Source: Bryobacterales bacterium (GTDB taxonomy: Bacteria > Acidobacteriota > Terriglobia > Bryobacterales > UBA6623). From it: a stretch of 64,000 nucleotides of DNA. Made by a program: the position numbers and the translations under genes. Positions 42,648 through 53,948 of this stretch are shown here, one piece after another. The notes under the pieces are model-generated. The model made no database searches. It worked only from the letters and a program-made list of their open reading frames with translations, and had not been told where the DNA came from. The stretch spans positions 128,001 to 192,000 of the forward strand of contig OY729427.2 in assembly GCA_963422375.2 (NCBI GenBank). The letters are read 5' to 3'. How positions within the stretch are numbered: position 1 is the stretch's first letter; each line of letters opens with the position of its first letter.

Positions 42648-43172
42648 TCCGAAGTGTTCACGCAGCGATGGATTGGGTGACTGGCAGCCTGATTGGCTCG
42701 CCGCGCCGGGCTGTCCGCGTCGGCAAGACCTGATCGGCGGGAGCCCCGAGTCGAGATACTCTCACGCGTCTCGGGCGCGGCCGAGACTCCGGTTGCCCGG
42801 AGCGTCCGGAGCAGTTCCGGAACGGCGCGTCAATGCATTCGGCTTCGATTCCCTTAATGGCGGGCCGTGCGTGCGTCCACGGGCGTAGAATGGGCGTGCT
42901 CGGCTAGGACCGCACTCACCGAGCCCCCACTGCGACGCTCGCCGCCGAGAAGCCGCCTTATTCACCCGGCAGATTGGCTAGGAAGATCGCCCGGTGATCC
43001 GGCGCTGGACCGTTATTCCGGACCTCCCGGCCCTTCGCATCGCCATCTTCAGCATGGCACTGCCAAGCTGTCCAAAGCGGGGACGCATCAATGGCGGTTC
43101 AACCTCCATCGATGCGATTCGCTTCAGATTCCAACGAGAATCCTGACCAAGAGAGCGGGAATGATCCCACGG

Positions 43173-43712
43173 TCAGGAACACCCGGATTGCGTGAATCCG
43201 CTGTATGCTAGTATCGCTATTACAAGTCCGAAGAACAAGAGAACAATGGGGAATTCTGACCAAATCCTTTGATCCTTGAAGTTTTCGTTGACATCGGCAC
43301 CATCTCTAAGGACACGTGCCATCATTCCCACTATCAAACTCAATACTACGAGACCTAGTACAAATCCCAACTCAGGCAGAATCTCATGAACGAGTGAGTT
43401 GGCAGGAATTTGAGTTGGATGATCCTTCACTCTATCTGCCTCAGTCTATTTGGATTCTGTCGAAGAATGAAGCGCTGATTTCTCGTTTTCCGATTGATCT
43501 GAAGACAGCTGATAATCATATCTAGGACAAAGAAGATCCTCTGGAACGGCAGCATTGGATCTCCCTAGACAGACCCAGCAGTCTACCTGCTGACAAGGAT
43601 CTTCTTCAATCGACTTGCCAGTTGGCTTGACTAAAAAATAGTACCTGTTACCTGAAATCAACGAGTAGAATATCTTCTTCGCTACGACTCTGTACTGCGT
43701 GTTTGGGTCCAA
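43173..43712 (-). pseudogene. Low-GC hypothetical membrane protein gene interrupted by one TAG
   Basis: ORFs 43446-43712 and 43173-43430 share a frame and are separated only by the TAG plus 5 sense codons; two TM-like segments at the C-terminus. Confidence 0.4.
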
Positions 43713-44291
43713 GGGAGCGACTGCTTACCGCGCCAATGAAATTCCTCGGCCGGATAGCCGGTCCAGGCGGGAATACGGCCCCGAGGTTCCAGGACCTCGT
43801 CATAATCCGGATCAAGGAACTCCCCACCGGTCAGCGGGACAGGCTTCCTTCGCGCTCGCGTCCGTCGACGCTCCCGCAGTGGGATTCGAGCAGTCTTGAG
43901 CTGGCATGGGAGCCCGGGGGCAATCCAAACGGCGGCCACCGGCAGGGCCGCGGGCGCCACTCGGGCCCCACCTTGGTGAACCTGCATCAACCTCACGCAG
44001 TCGAATTCTGCCGCCCCGCGTCGGTAGGGCTTCGGACGAGCGGTTGGGGCGACACCAGCATGTCCCCGGGCATGGCCTGTGCGGACTGCGCGGACCGGCC
44101 CGGGTGATCGCCGCGACACGCTCGTTTCCTTCCCCGGCTGCCCCGCCATGCGGGGCGAGTGCCATACTGCCCGGCATGGATCCCCCTGAACGATGTACCG
44201 CAATTCAAGAACGACCCGGTCCCGGTCCCGGCCCACCGTGCCGGGTCCCGAACGCCTAGACTGAACGGGCGCCCTGTTGCGAGAGATTCCT

Positions 44292-45980
44292 ATGCTCGGC
44301 TCCACAGATTCCACTCCGGCTCGCAGGGCGGCCCTGGCCGCGGCCATCGGCCTTGCGATTCTGGCGGCCTGCGGCAGCGGAATGGTAGAAGAAGCCAGCG
44401 AGACCGTCGACATCGTCGTTTACGGCGGGACGTCGGCAGGCGTCGCGGCAGCCGTCCAGGCCCGGCGCATGGGCAAGTCGGTGGTGCTCGTCGCACCGGA
44501 GCGACACCTCGGAGGACTGTCTTCCGGCGGACTGGGCTGGACCGATACCGGCAACAAGGCCGTCATCGGCGGGCTGGCCCGCGAATTCTACCACCGGATC
44601 TGGCTGCATTACGAAGAGCCGGAGGCCTGGGTCTGGCAGTCCCGCGACGAGTACGGCAACCGGGGCCACGGCAGTCCCGCGAGCGACGGCGAGCGACGCA
44701 CGATGTGGATCTTCGAGCCTCACGTCGCCGAGCAGGTATTCGACGACCTCGTTCGCGAGCACGGCATCGACGTGCGACGCGAGCAGCGGCTCGACCGCGA
44801 ACGGGGAGCCTCGGTGGATGGCGGCAGAATCCGGAGCTTCGCCACGATGGACGGCTCCGTCTTCGCCGGCCTGGCATTCATCGACGCCACCTACGAGGGC
44901 GATCTCATGGCGGCGGCCGACGTTACCTACCGAGTCGGACGCGAGAGCGCGGAGGAGTTCGGCGAGGAGTGGGCGGGCGTCCAGAAGGACGCGCGCCATC
45001 ACGGGCACTTTTTCCCCGACGGCGTCGATCCGTACGTCGTGCCCGGCGATCCCGCGAGCGGACTCCTGCCCCGCATCAGCCCGGAACTCCCCGGGGAGAA
45101 CGGCCAAGGAGACCGGCGGATCCAAGCGTACTGCTATCGCCTGTGCCTGACCAAGGTGCCCGGAAACCGCGTGCCGTTCGCGGCGCCGGCGAGCTACGAC
45201 CCCCGTCAGTACGAGCTGCTGCTGCGCGTTCTCGCCACGGGCTGGGACCAGACGTTCCGCAAGTTCGACCCGATTCCCAACGCCAAGACGGACACCAACA
45301 ATCACGGCCCCTTCAGCACTGACAACATCGGCATGAACTACGACTACCCGGACGGGTCGTACGAGGTCCGCGAGCGGATCGCCCGCGAGCACACGGAATA
45401 CCAGCAGGGCTTGCTGTACTTCCTAGCCAACGATTCGCGAGTCCCCAAGGCGCTGCGCGACGAGTTCGCCGAGTGGGGCCTAGCCCGCGACGAGTTCACC
45501 GAGAACGGCAACTGGCCCCGGCAGCTCTACATCCGCGAGGCGCGCAGGCTGGCGGGCGAATTCGTGATGACCGAGCACGAGTGCCTCGGCAAGCGGGACG
45601 CGCCGAACCCGGTCGGCATGGGCTCCTACGCGATGGACTCCCACAACGTGCAGCGGTACGTGACGAGCGCGGGCTTCGTGCAGAACGAAGGCGACATCGG
45701 CGTCAAGCCGGCGCGCCCCTACGGCATCGCCTACAGGGCATTAACGCCGCGCAGGAGCGAGGTGTCGAACCTGCTGGTCCCGGTTTGCGTCTCGGCGTCC
45801 CACATTGCGTATGGCTCGATGCGCATGGAGCCGGTCTTCCTCATCCTCGGCCAGTCCGCGGCCACGGCGGCCGCCCTGGCCATCGACCGGCAGGTTGCCG
45901 TGCAGGACCTGGATTACGGCGCGCTGCGCGAACGACTGCTGGCCGACGGCCAAGTGCTCGAGCTTTCCCGGACCGAATAG
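44292..45980 (+). CDS. FAD-dependent oxidoreductase lipoprotein
   Basis: LAAC lipobox, DIVVYGGTSAGVAAA, FIDATYEGDL, LYIREARR and SHIAYGSMRMEP. Confidence 0.92.
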   Translation: MLGSTDSTPARRAALAAAIGLAILAACGSGMVEEASETVDIVVYGGTSAGVAAAVQARRMGKSVVLVAPERHLGGLSSGGLGWTDTGNKAVIGGLAREFYHRIWLHYEEPEAWVWQSRDEYGNRGHGSPASDGERRTMWIFEPHVAEQVFDDLVREHGIDVRREQRLDRERGASVDGGRIRSFATMDGSVFAGLAFIDATYEGDLMAAADVTYRVGRESAEEFGEEWAGVQKDARHHGHFFPDGVDPYVVPGDPASGLLPRISPELPGENGQGDRRIQAYCYRLCLTKVPGNRVPFAAPASYDPRQYELLLRVLATGWDQTFRKFDPIPNAKTDTNNHGPFSTDNIGMNYDYPDGSYEVRERIAREHTEYQQGLLYFLANDSRVPKALRDEFAEWGLARDEFTENGNWPRQLYIREARRLAGEFVMTEHECLGKRDAPNPVGMGSYAMDSHNVQRYVTSAGFVQNEGDIGVKPARPYGIAYRALTPRRSEVSNLLVPVCVSASHIAYGSMRMEPVFLILGQSAATAAALAIDRQVAVQDLDYGALRERLLADGQVLELSRTE

Positions 45981-46280
45981 AGGCTCGGACGCAACGCGGG
46001 GATGGCGCGGAGCGACCGCGCAATCCTTCCGCCGACGGTTTCGGCAGCATCGCCCGCCCGAGGCAGCGGGGGATTCCCTCCCGGACCGGATTTCGTCGTC
46101 AGCAATCCCGAGCGTGCCTTGGCCGGGATCTCGTCTGCGCCGCCGCCGGGAAGCGCGCGAGGCCCGCTTCCCGTGACCCGGCTGAAAACGAGACGCGACG
46201 CCGTCGACCGGGCACGGGAATGCCTCGGCAGCTGGAATCCAACCGGCGCGTCGGCGCGAGGTCGCTGCTACGCTATCGCC

Positions 46281-47480
46281 ATGCGGAAACTTGCTCTCGG
46301 TACCGTGCTCGCCGGGCTCGCGGCCGGTGCGGCGGCCGGGGCGATCCAGTTCCGGCACCAGCAGCTCGAAGACCAGCTCGGCATCGGCTACGCCGTCCTG
46401 TGTGTCGACGTGGACGCGGACGGAGACACGGACATCGTGGCGCTCAACGAGACCCAAGTCGCTTGGTGGAGCAACCCCGACTGGGAGAAGCGCGTGATCC
46501 TTGACGGCGAGACCGAGGCCGACAACGTAGCCATCGCGGCGCACGACATCACGGGTGACGGCAAGCCGGAATTCGCCCTCGGCGCGGCCTGGCGCCCCAG
46601 CGACACCCAAGGCGGCGGCACGCTGCAATGGATCGAGCGCAGGGACGACCCCAGCGCGGAATGGAAGGTGCATCCGCTCGGTAGCGAGCCGACCACGCAC
46701 CGCATGCGCTGGTCGGACACGGACGGTGACGGGCGGTCCGAGCTCGTCGTGGCCCCGCTGCACGGGCGCGGCACGAGCGGGCCGGAGCACTGGGTAGGCA
46801 ACGGCGTCAGGCTCCTGGCCCTCAGCCCGTCGCCGTCCCCCGCATCGCAGGCGTGGGGCACCGAGGTCATCGACGACACCTTCCATATCGTGCATAACTT
46901 CTGGGCGGTAGGGTTCGACAGCGACGCTTCGGACGAGTTGCTCGTGGCGTCCTACGAAGGCGTCCATCTCCTCGACCGGGCCAGCGACGGGAAATGGACC
47001 CGCGCCAGGCTGGGTCCGGGATTCCTCGGCACGTCGATCCGCGGCGCCGGCGAGATCAAGCTCGGCACGCTCGCGTCGGGCAGGCGCTACATCGCCACGG
47101 TCGAGCCGTGGCATGCCAACCACATCGTGATTTACAGCGAGCCGGCCGACCCGCTCTCGCCGTGGCGGCGCCGACCCGTCGTCAAGCGCCTCAACGGCGG
47201 CCACGCCCTATGGACAGCCGACCTGGACGGGGACGGGGACCAAGAGCTGGCCTTCGGTTGGCGGCTCAAGGGCAGCATGCCGTACGACCGCCCCGGTGTC
47301 GCGATCTACGATCCGTCCGGGGGCGACGTCCAGATCGTGGACTGGGGAGGCATGGCCACCGAGGACCTCACCGTTGCGGATCTGAACGGCGACGGCAGGC
47401 CCGAAATCGTCGCGGCAGGCCGCGCCACCCACAATCTGAAGATCTATTGGAACGAGGGTCCCAAACCGCCACTCGAGTGA
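46281..47480 (+). CDS. FG-GAP/VCBS repeat beta-propeller protein
   Basis: Repeated D-x-D-G-D-G motifs; resembles aldos-2-ulose dehydratase-type propellers (EPWHAN, GHAL). Confidence 0.82.
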   Translation: MRKLALGTVLAGLAAGAAAGAIQFRHQQLEDQLGIGYAVLCVDVDADGDTDIVALNETQVAWWSNPDWEKRVILDGETEADNVAIAAHDITGDGKPEFALGAAWRPSDTQGGGTLQWIERRDDPSAEWKVHPLGSEPTTHRMRWSDTDGDGRSELVVAPLHGRGTSGPEHWVGNGVRLLALSPSPSPASQAWGTEVIDDTFHIVHNFWAVGFDSDASDELLVASYEGVHLLDRASDGKWTRARLGPGFLGTSIRGAGEIKLGTLASGRRYIATVEPWHANHIVIYSEPADPLSPWRRRPVVKRLNGGHALWTADLDGDGDQELAFGWRLKGSMPYDRPGVAIYDPSGGDVQIVDWGGMATEDLTVADLNGDGRPEIVAAGRATHNLKIYWNEGPKPPLE

Positions 47481-47513
47481 CCCCGCCCGCAGTACGGTGT
47501 CGCTTAGGCCCGG

Positions 47514-47993
47514 CTACCCGGCCAAGCTGCCCCGATGGGTGTTCGCGACGCCGCCGAGCTGCGCGGCATGGTGCGAGTCGTGCCAGACCATGAACTCGAT
47601 CTGGGACTGGATGTCGCGAATCGCGAGCCGTTCGTTCACCACTGACCGGTCCAAGTCGGCGTCGCTCATTCCGGCGATCGTTTCCCGTAACTCCGCCCTG
47701 CCGGCGTCGAGGCGGGCCCGCACGGATTCCGGATCGGGATACGCCGACAGGTCGTCGAGGCACGGGCAGCCGTTGGCGAACAGTCCCTTCCAGTTGCCGA
47801 GAGGGTGGTCCTCGAGCTCCTTGTAGAGCTTCAGGGCCCCGGCTTCGTAGAAGGCCAAGTGACCGGCGATCCAGAGGCCGTGCGGTCCGCCCGGCCGGAA
47901 GCGCGTCGACCATAGTCCGTGCTCGGCAATGTAGTCCAGCTGAGCCCCGCTCGCCCTCCAGGCAAAGTCCAAGCGGGCAAGGAGCCTATCCAT
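47514..47993 (-). CDS. DinB/YfiT-family protein
   Basis: WIAGHLAFYE and HDSHHAAQL His motifs. Confidence 0.85.
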   Translation of the reverse strand: MDRLLARLDFAWRASGAQLDYIAEHGLWSTRFRPGGPHGLWIAGHLAFYEAGALKLYKELEDHPLGNWKGLFANGCPCLDDLSAYPDPESVRARLDAGRAELRETIAGMSDADLDRSVVNERLAIRDIQSQIEFMVWHDSHHAAQLGGVANTHRGSLAG

Positions 47994-48243
47994 TCGACCG
48001 TAGGGTCCATCCGTTGCGCTCACTGCGTCTCTCCAAGCTCCGCCGGCACCGCACGCGGGCCCGAAGCAGCCTTCTAGCATATCGTCTCGGCTACGAACAT
48101 CCGGCTAGGCCCGCGCCAGGCCGCGAAAAGCCGGCAGGCGCCCGAGCCGGCACCCGGCGAGACCGTGTAAGACCGGCGGCATCGCTCTCCGGAAGGGCCT
48201 GAAGGCTGTCGCGACAGCGCGGCCCTCCGTCCGAGACGGCTCG

Positions 48244-49407
48244 CTAGGTGAGACCGGCCAGCGACCCGGCCAGGCCCAGCACGCCGGCTCCGGCTATGAC
48301 CCAAGGCGCGGGCAGGCGAGCCATGAAGAGAGCCGCTCCGGCCCCCAAGGCGATCGCCCACGCCAAGGCATCCGACAGCGATGCCGGCGCGAGGCTCACC
48401 GCGACGGCCGCCATAAGGCCGATGGCCGAGGCGTTGATCGCGTCCAGGAAGGCCGCGCTGACCCGGGCCTGCCGGATGCGGCTCACGAACGGGTTGAGGA
48501 TCCCTGCGAACCCGAACGCCGGAAGGAAGATTCCGGCCGTGGCGACCGCCGCGCCGGCCCATCCAGCGACCAAGTATCCCAGAAACGTCGCGGCCGTCAG
48601 CACGGGCCCGGGCGTGAACTGCCCGACCGCGATCGCATCCAGCAGCTGCTGCTGGGTCACCCAGCCGAAATCGTCGACCAACGCGCCGTCCAAGAAGGCG
48701 ACTAGCACGTACCCGGAACCGTACAGCGCGCAGCCGACCTTGAAGAAGGCCCAGCCGAGATCGGCGAGGCGGGGAGCCTCCCCGGATGCCGCGCCGGCAG
48801 CGGACGGAAGGCACAGCGCCGCGAGCGTCCCCGCCACCCCGCTCCACGCGCGCGGCAGCAGCAGGAGCAACCCGCCCAGGAGGCCGCCGAGGAGCAGCGC
48901 GGGGATCTCGGCGAGACCGGCAAGCACCGCAAGAGCCACGCCCGCAGCGACGATGCCCAAGCGCACATTCGCGACGGCCTTGCGGCCCAGCTTCCAGACC
49001 GCCCCGAGGATCAGGACGAGTACCGCGGGCCGCAAGCCGCTCAGGTACGCTTCCGCGCTCGGGAGCTCGCCGAACCCCGCGTATAACCATGCCAGCAGCG
49101 CCGTGATGGAAGCGGCGGGCAGCACGAAGCCGACGCCGGCCGCGGCCAGCCCCAGCCAGCCGGCGCGTTCGTAGCCGAGATGCATCGTCATCTCGGTGGA
49201 ATTGGGGCCCGGAATCAGGTTCGTGGCTCCCATCAGGTCCAGAAACCGCTGCCGTCCGATCCAGCGCCGGCGCGAAACGAACTCGCTCTCGAGCAGCGCC
49301 AGATGCGCCGCGGGCCCGCCGAAAGCGACGCACCCGATCTTGAGGAACGCCGCGGCGATCTCGGCAGTCCGCCCGAGCCGGCCTCGAGGATTGACGATTC
49401 CCAGCAT
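48244..49407 (-). CDS. chrA: Chromate efflux transporter
   Basis: FLKIGCVAFGGPAAH, IPGPNSTE, YGSGYVL and GQFTPGPV. Confidence 0.93.
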   Translation of the reverse strand: MLGIVNPRGRLGRTAEIAAAFLKIGCVAFGGPAAHLALLESEFVSRRRWIGRQRFLDLMGATNLIPGPNSTEMTMHLGYERAGWLGLAAAGVGFVLPAASITALLAWLYAGFGELPSAEAYLSGLRPAVLVLILGAVWKLGRKAVANVRLGIVAAGVALAVLAGLAEIPALLLGGLLGGLLLLLPRAWSGVAGTLAALCLPSAAGAASGEAPRLADLGWAFFKVGCALYGSGYVLVAFLDGALVDDFGWVTQQQLLDAIAVGQFTPGPVLTAATFLGYLVAGWAGAAVATAGIFLPAFGFAGILNPFVSRIRQARVSAAFLDAINASAIGLMAAVAVSLAPASLSDALAWAIALGAGAALFMARLPAPWVIAGAGVLGLAGSLAGLT

Positions 49408-49447
49408 CGCCCTGCGGGGTGGCGCGAGCGCGGCGCGCCAAGGCCGC

Positions 49448-50893
49448 TCAGTTCCGCCAGCGGTCCATGTCGGGCCGGCGCGGCCCCGCATCGAAGAACC
49501 GAGCGCCGGACCCGGTGCGGTCGAAATCGCCCAGTTCCGCCCGGACCCGCTCGACGGTGCGCATCAGCCGCTCCACGATGTCGCCGCGCTGCCGCGCCAC
49601 GTCCCTGCTCTCGCCCCAGTCGAACCGCAGGTCGTACAGCTCGGCCCGCTGCACCGCGTCGATCATGCGGCCGTACCAGCTCGTCCAAGGCGGATCGGCG
49701 GGCCGTTCGAGTACGAGCTTCCAGCCGCCGTCCCGAACGGCCTGCAGGTGCGTGTAGCCGAAGTAGAGGAAGCTCTGGCGGGGACTGCGCTCGGCCGCCC
49801 CCGAGAGCCATGGCCACAAGTCCATCCCGTCCAACTCGCGCCCGTCGGGCAAGTCGGCTCCCGCGAGCGCTGCGAACGTGGGCAGCAGGTCCAGGGTCGA
49901 GGCGATCTCGTCGCTGACCCGGCCCGCCCCGATCCCGCCGGGCCAGCGGAAGATGCCGGGGACGCGCAAGCCGCCTTCCCAGGTCGTCATCTTGCGGCCC
50001 CGCAGCGGCGAGGCGCTCCCGCCGTAGTCGCCGAGATGCTCCTCGATCCACGGTCCGTTGTCCGACGTGAAGACCACCAGCGTGCGGTCCTCGAGGCCCA
50101 GTCGCTTCAGTGTGTCGAGCACCCTTCCGACGCTCCAATCGATTTCCTCGACCACGTCGCCGTAGAGCCCGCGCTCCGAGCGCCCGCGGAACGACTCGGC
50201 AGCGCCGAGCGGCACGTGCGGCATGGTGTGCGCCATATAGAGGAAGAACGGGCGCGAGCGATTACGCTCGATGAATCGGAGGGCTTCCTCGGTGTAGAGC
50301 CCGGTCAGCAGGTTCAGGTCCGTCGGGCTCTCGAGCACCTCCTCATCGCGCATCAGCTCGGTTCTCCAGCCGTCGGGGGCGACCTCCCGGGTTGTGCCGT
50401 TGTGCGAGGGGGTGCCGAAGAAGTAGTCGAATCCCTGCGCGTTCGGCATCAGCTCGTTACGGTACGGGCCCGTGCCCGGGCCGCGAGCCCGGTCTCCGCC
50501 GCCGGCCAGATGCCACTTGCCGACCAAGCCGCTGGTGTAGCCCTTCGTTCGCAGGACCTCGGCGATGGTGCGCTCTTCGGGGTGCAAGACCGTGTGGGCA
50601 CCCTTCGTGTTGCCGGGCTCGCCAAGCCGGATCGGATAGCAGCCCGTCAGCAGCGCGGCCCGGGACGGGCCGCACACGTTTTGCGCGTAGAAGCTGGTGA
50701 GGCGCAGGCCCTCCGCAGCCATGCGGTCGAGATGCGGCGTCCGGATATGCCGGTTGCCATAGCAAGCCAGGTCCCCGTAGCCGAGATCGTCGGCCAGAAT
50801 CACGACGAAATTCGGCGGGGCCTGTGCGTAGCAGCTGCAGGCAGCGAGGCATGCGACGGCCAGCCTGCGATGCAGGGATTTCGACTGGCGCAT
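49448..50893 (-). CDS. Arylsulfatase A-like sulfatase
   Basis: PNFVVILADDLGYGD, CGPSRAALLTG, GKWHL, TSDNGPW and WEGGLRVP. Confidence 0.93.
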   Translation of the reverse strand: MRQSKSLHRRLAVACLAACSCYAQAPPNFVVILADDLGYGDLACYGNRHIRTPHLDRMAAEGLRLTSFYAQNVCGPSRAALLTGCYPIRLGEPGNTKGAHTVLHPEERTIAEVLRTKGYTSGLVGKWHLAGGGDRARGPGTGPYRNELMPNAQGFDYFFGTPSHNGTTREVAPDGWRTELMRDEEVLESPTDLNLLTGLYTEEALRFIERNRSRPFFLYMAHTMPHVPLGAAESFRGRSERGLYGDVVEEIDWSVGRVLDTLKRLGLEDRTLVVFTSDNGPWIEEHLGDYGGSASPLRGRKMTTWEGGLRVPGIFRWPGGIGAGRVSDEIASTLDLLPTFAALAGADLPDGRELDGMDLWPWLSGAAERSPRQSFLYFGYTHLQAVRDGGWKLVLERPADPPWTSWYGRMIDAVQRAELYDLRFDWGESRDVARQRGDIVERLMRTVERVRAELGDFDRTGSGARFFDAGPRRPDMDRWRN

Positions 50894-50931
50894 ACAGCGG
50901 AATTGTACCCCCGCCGGGGCAGCGGCGCTGG

Positions 50932-51456
50932 CTAGGGCGAATCGGCCCGCGGGACGACCGGCAGGCGCGCCACGAACCAAATTCCGTACGCCCCGGCTGC
51001 GGCCACTAGGACTCGTCCGGGCCAGGACAGGCCCCCGAATGCAATCGAGAGCCCGACCATCACGCCGCAGCACGCAAGTGCCTTCCTTTTCACGCCGCGC
51101 CTGAGGCCTCGGTGCTCCTGCCAGTCTCGGAGGAGCGGGCCGAATGCCCTGGATTCGAGCAGCCTGCGGTGAAGAGAGGGCGACGACCGCAACAGGAAAT
51201 AGCTGGCCACCAAAACGAACGGCGTCGTGGGGATCCCAGGAATGACGACGCCGACTGCGCCGAGACAGACAAAGAGACCGCCGAGCGCGGCGAACAGCGA
51301 ACGGTGCCAACCGCGAACCTCCCTAGCCGGCCCCGCGCGCAAGTCGGCACAGGCCCTCGGACGCACGTCGGAGCTTCCATCCAAGGCACCTGTGCTGGAG
51401 ACCAAGAGCGGCTCACCCTTGGGGATCAGGGGCATGTCGTTGCGTACAACTCTCAT
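50932..51456 (-). CDS. YbaN/DUF454 family membrane protein
   Basis: LGAVGVVIPGIPTTPFVLVA, RSSPSLHRRL and FGPLLRDW; start uncertain. Confidence 0.85.
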   Translation of the reverse strand: MRVVRNDMPLIPKGEPLLVSSTGALDGSSDVRPRACADLRAGPAREVRGWHRSLFAALGGLFVCLGAVGVVIPGIPTTPFVLVASYFLLRSSPSLHRRLLESRAFGPLLRDWQEHRGLRRGVKRKALACCGVMVGLSIAFGGLSWPGRVLVAAAGAYGIWFVARLPVVPRADSP

Positions 51457-51570
51457 AGTACCCCCGACGGTGGTCCGCAGGAACGGAATTCGAGGCACCG
51501 CTCCCGCACTTGGTTCAAACGCAGTACCATGACAAGTCTGCGGTCGAACCGCAGGCTTGGAGTCACACCT

Positions 51571-53070
51571 ATGCCGACACCGTCCGACGCGGCCGGATCC
51601 GTTACAAACGCACTCCGCGGCGCGGCGTTGGCCGCTGTCACGAGCATCCTCCTGATGCCAGGAGCCGCCCTTCCGCAGGCGGCGCGGGCGTCCGGCCCGA
51701 ACGTGCTCTTCATCGGGATTGACGACCTCAACGACTGGATCGAGCCGCTGGGCGGCCATCCGCAGGCCAGGACGCCCAACCTAAGCGAGCTGGCGAAGCG
51801 CGGGGTGACCTTCGCGCGCGCGTTTTGCCAGGCTCCGTCCTGCAATCCGTCGAGAACGAGCCTTATGACCGGGTTGCGCCCGTCGACTACCGGCGTCTAC
51901 GGCAACACCGACGCATGGCGCAAGGCCCTGCCGGATGCGGTAACGCTGCCGCAGCACTTCAAGCTGCACGGATACGAGGTCCTCGGAGGGGGCAAGACCT
52001 TTCACGGGCCGCAGAACGAAGCTGCGTCGTGGGAGGCGTACTTCCACTTCCGGGGCTTCCTGCACCCGCCGACGAAGCCGGCGAACGGTATCAGGGGCAC
52101 GGGTCACTTCGACTGGAGCGGGCTTGCCGCGGACCCGGACCGGACCGCGGACACGCAACTCGCCGCGTGGGCCGAGCGCTACTTGGCGGAGGAGCACAGT
52201 CGGCCGTTCTTCCTAGCGGTCGGGTTCTACCGCCCACATTTGCCGTGGTACGCCCCGCAACAGCACTTCGACCAGTTCCCGTCGGAGGGAACGGAACTTC
52301 CGCCCACTCTGGATGGGGATGTCGACGACATCCCGAAGTCGGCACTGCGGAGCTTTCGCGACCACGAGCGAGTCACGTCTCACGGGGAATGGCGAAGAGC
52401 CGTCGCCGGCTACCTCGCCTGCATCAACTATGCCGACAGCAACGTCGGGCGCCTGCTCCGAGCGCTGGACGACGGGCCCAACGCCGACAGCACGATCATC
52501 GTGGTCTGGAGCGACCACGGGTGGCAGCTTGGCGAGAAGAAGCAATGGCGCAAGTTCACGCTATGGGAGCGCTCCGCCCGCGTCGTGATGATGCTGGCCG
52601 GCCCGGGCGTGACGGCTCGGAATCGAACGAGCGAGCGTACGGTCGAGCTTCTGGACCTGTACCCGACGCTTGCCGACCTGTGCGGCCTGCCCCGCCGACC
52701 GGAGCTCGAGGGGCGAAGCTTGCGGCCTCTGCTCGCGAATCCGGACGTCCGCTGGAACAAGCCGGCCATCACCGCCCTAGGCCCCGAAGCAATGTCCGTG
52801 CGCACGGAGCGGTGGCGCTACAGCCGCTACGCCGACGGCGAGGAACTCTACGACCACGAGGCCGACCCGTTGGAGTGGCACAACCTAGCCGGCGAGCCCG
52901 GGCGCTCCGAAATCAAGGCGCGTCTGGCTCGGATGCTGCCGTCGCGCCCCGCGCCGCGCACGCCCCTTCGCCTAGCCGCCGAGGACTGGCAGCGGATCGA
53001 AATACCCGAAGGACGCCATCACCAGTCCGACGCGACGAATTACGTCGAGCTCGGGGACACCTGGCGGTAA
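51571..53070 (+). CDS. Sulfatase (iduronate-2-sulfatase-like)
   Basis: PNVLFIGIDDL, CNPSRTSLMTG, GFYRPHLPW and WSDHGWQLGEK. Confidence 0.93.
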   Translation: MPTPSDAAGSVTNALRGAALAAVTSILLMPGAALPQAARASGPNVLFIGIDDLNDWIEPLGGHPQARTPNLSELAKRGVTFARAFCQAPSCNPSRTSLMTGLRPSTTGVYGNTDAWRKALPDAVTLPQHFKLHGYEVLGGGKTFHGPQNEAASWEAYFHFRGFLHPPTKPANGIRGTGHFDWSGLAADPDRTADTQLAAWAERYLAEEHSRPFFLAVGFYRPHLPWYAPQQHFDQFPSEGTELPPTLDGDVDDIPKSALRSFRDHERVTSHGEWRRAVAGYLACINYADSNVGRLLRALDDGPNADSTIIVVWSDHGWQLGEKKQWRKFTLWERSARVVMMLAGPGVTARNRTSERTVELLDLYPTLADLCGLPRRPELEGRSLRPLLANPDVRWNKPAITALGPEAMSVRTERWRYSRYADGEELYDHEADPLEWHNLAGEPGRSEIKARLARMLPSRPAPRTPLRLAAEDWQRIEIPEGRHHQSDATNYVELGDTWR

Positions 53071-53155
53071 CGGACGGATTATAATCTTGCCGGTACTCGG
53101 TTCGGTTCGACACACGGCGTCCGCGAGCGGCCGTCCCGGGATCGAGGGAGGGAAG

Positions 53156-53948
53156 ATGCTTCTGCTCAGACGGGAATTCGCCGCGCTGCTGCTAGCGACC
53201 CCCGCACTGGCCCGTGTCGCGGTCCGGAGCGCCAAGGTGGAGACGGTCTTCGACACGCCCGGCCCGAAGCCGAACGGCTTGCAGGCAACGGACGAAGGCC
53301 TGTGGATCCTAGACCAAGGCGACAACCGAGCGTACTTGGTCGACTACGAGCGAGGCAGGACTCTGCGCAAGCTCGACACCGACACCAAGTCGGGCAGCGG
53401 CATCACGTTCGACGGGGCGGCCCTCTGGACGGCCTCGACCTACAGCCGCGAAATTCTCAAGATCGACGCCCGCAGCGGCGGGACCCTGGCTCGGTACGAC
53501 TCGCCGGGGTGCCGGCATCGTGGCATGGACTGTCGGCCGTCGCAGCCCGCTGGCGCAGCCCGTCCCGCCATCGGCGGATTCCAAGCCTCCGCCTCGCCGG
53601 AATGCGACCGGCGCGCACGGCATGGAGTGGCGCGACGGCAGGCTCTGGGTTTCTAACCCGCCGTCGCAGACGATCTATCGGATCGACCCGGAATCGTTCA
53701 AGATCGAAAAGCAGTTCCCGACCGCCGGGAACCGGCCTCACGGTCTCGGCTGGGAAGGCAAGTGGCTGTGGTGCGCCGAGTCGAATGAGAATGCCTTTTT
53801 CCGGTTCGACCCGAGCACGGGCAAGGCGGACGCCAAGATTCAGCTCGCCGACAGCGATCCCCTGCCCCACGGTATGACGATCCGCGACGGCTGGATGTGG
53901 TACTGCGACGATGTCGGAGTCGTCTGCAAACTCCGGCTCGATGCGTAG
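53156..53948 (+). pseudogene. Secreted beta-propeller protein (glutaminyl cyclase/YncE-like) with a frameshift
   Basis: Repeated [PH]-[NH]-G-[LM]-x-[WF]-D-G blades in two frames; removing one G from the G4 run at 53506-53509 gives SPGAGIVAWT. May be a sequencing error. Confidence 0.7.
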
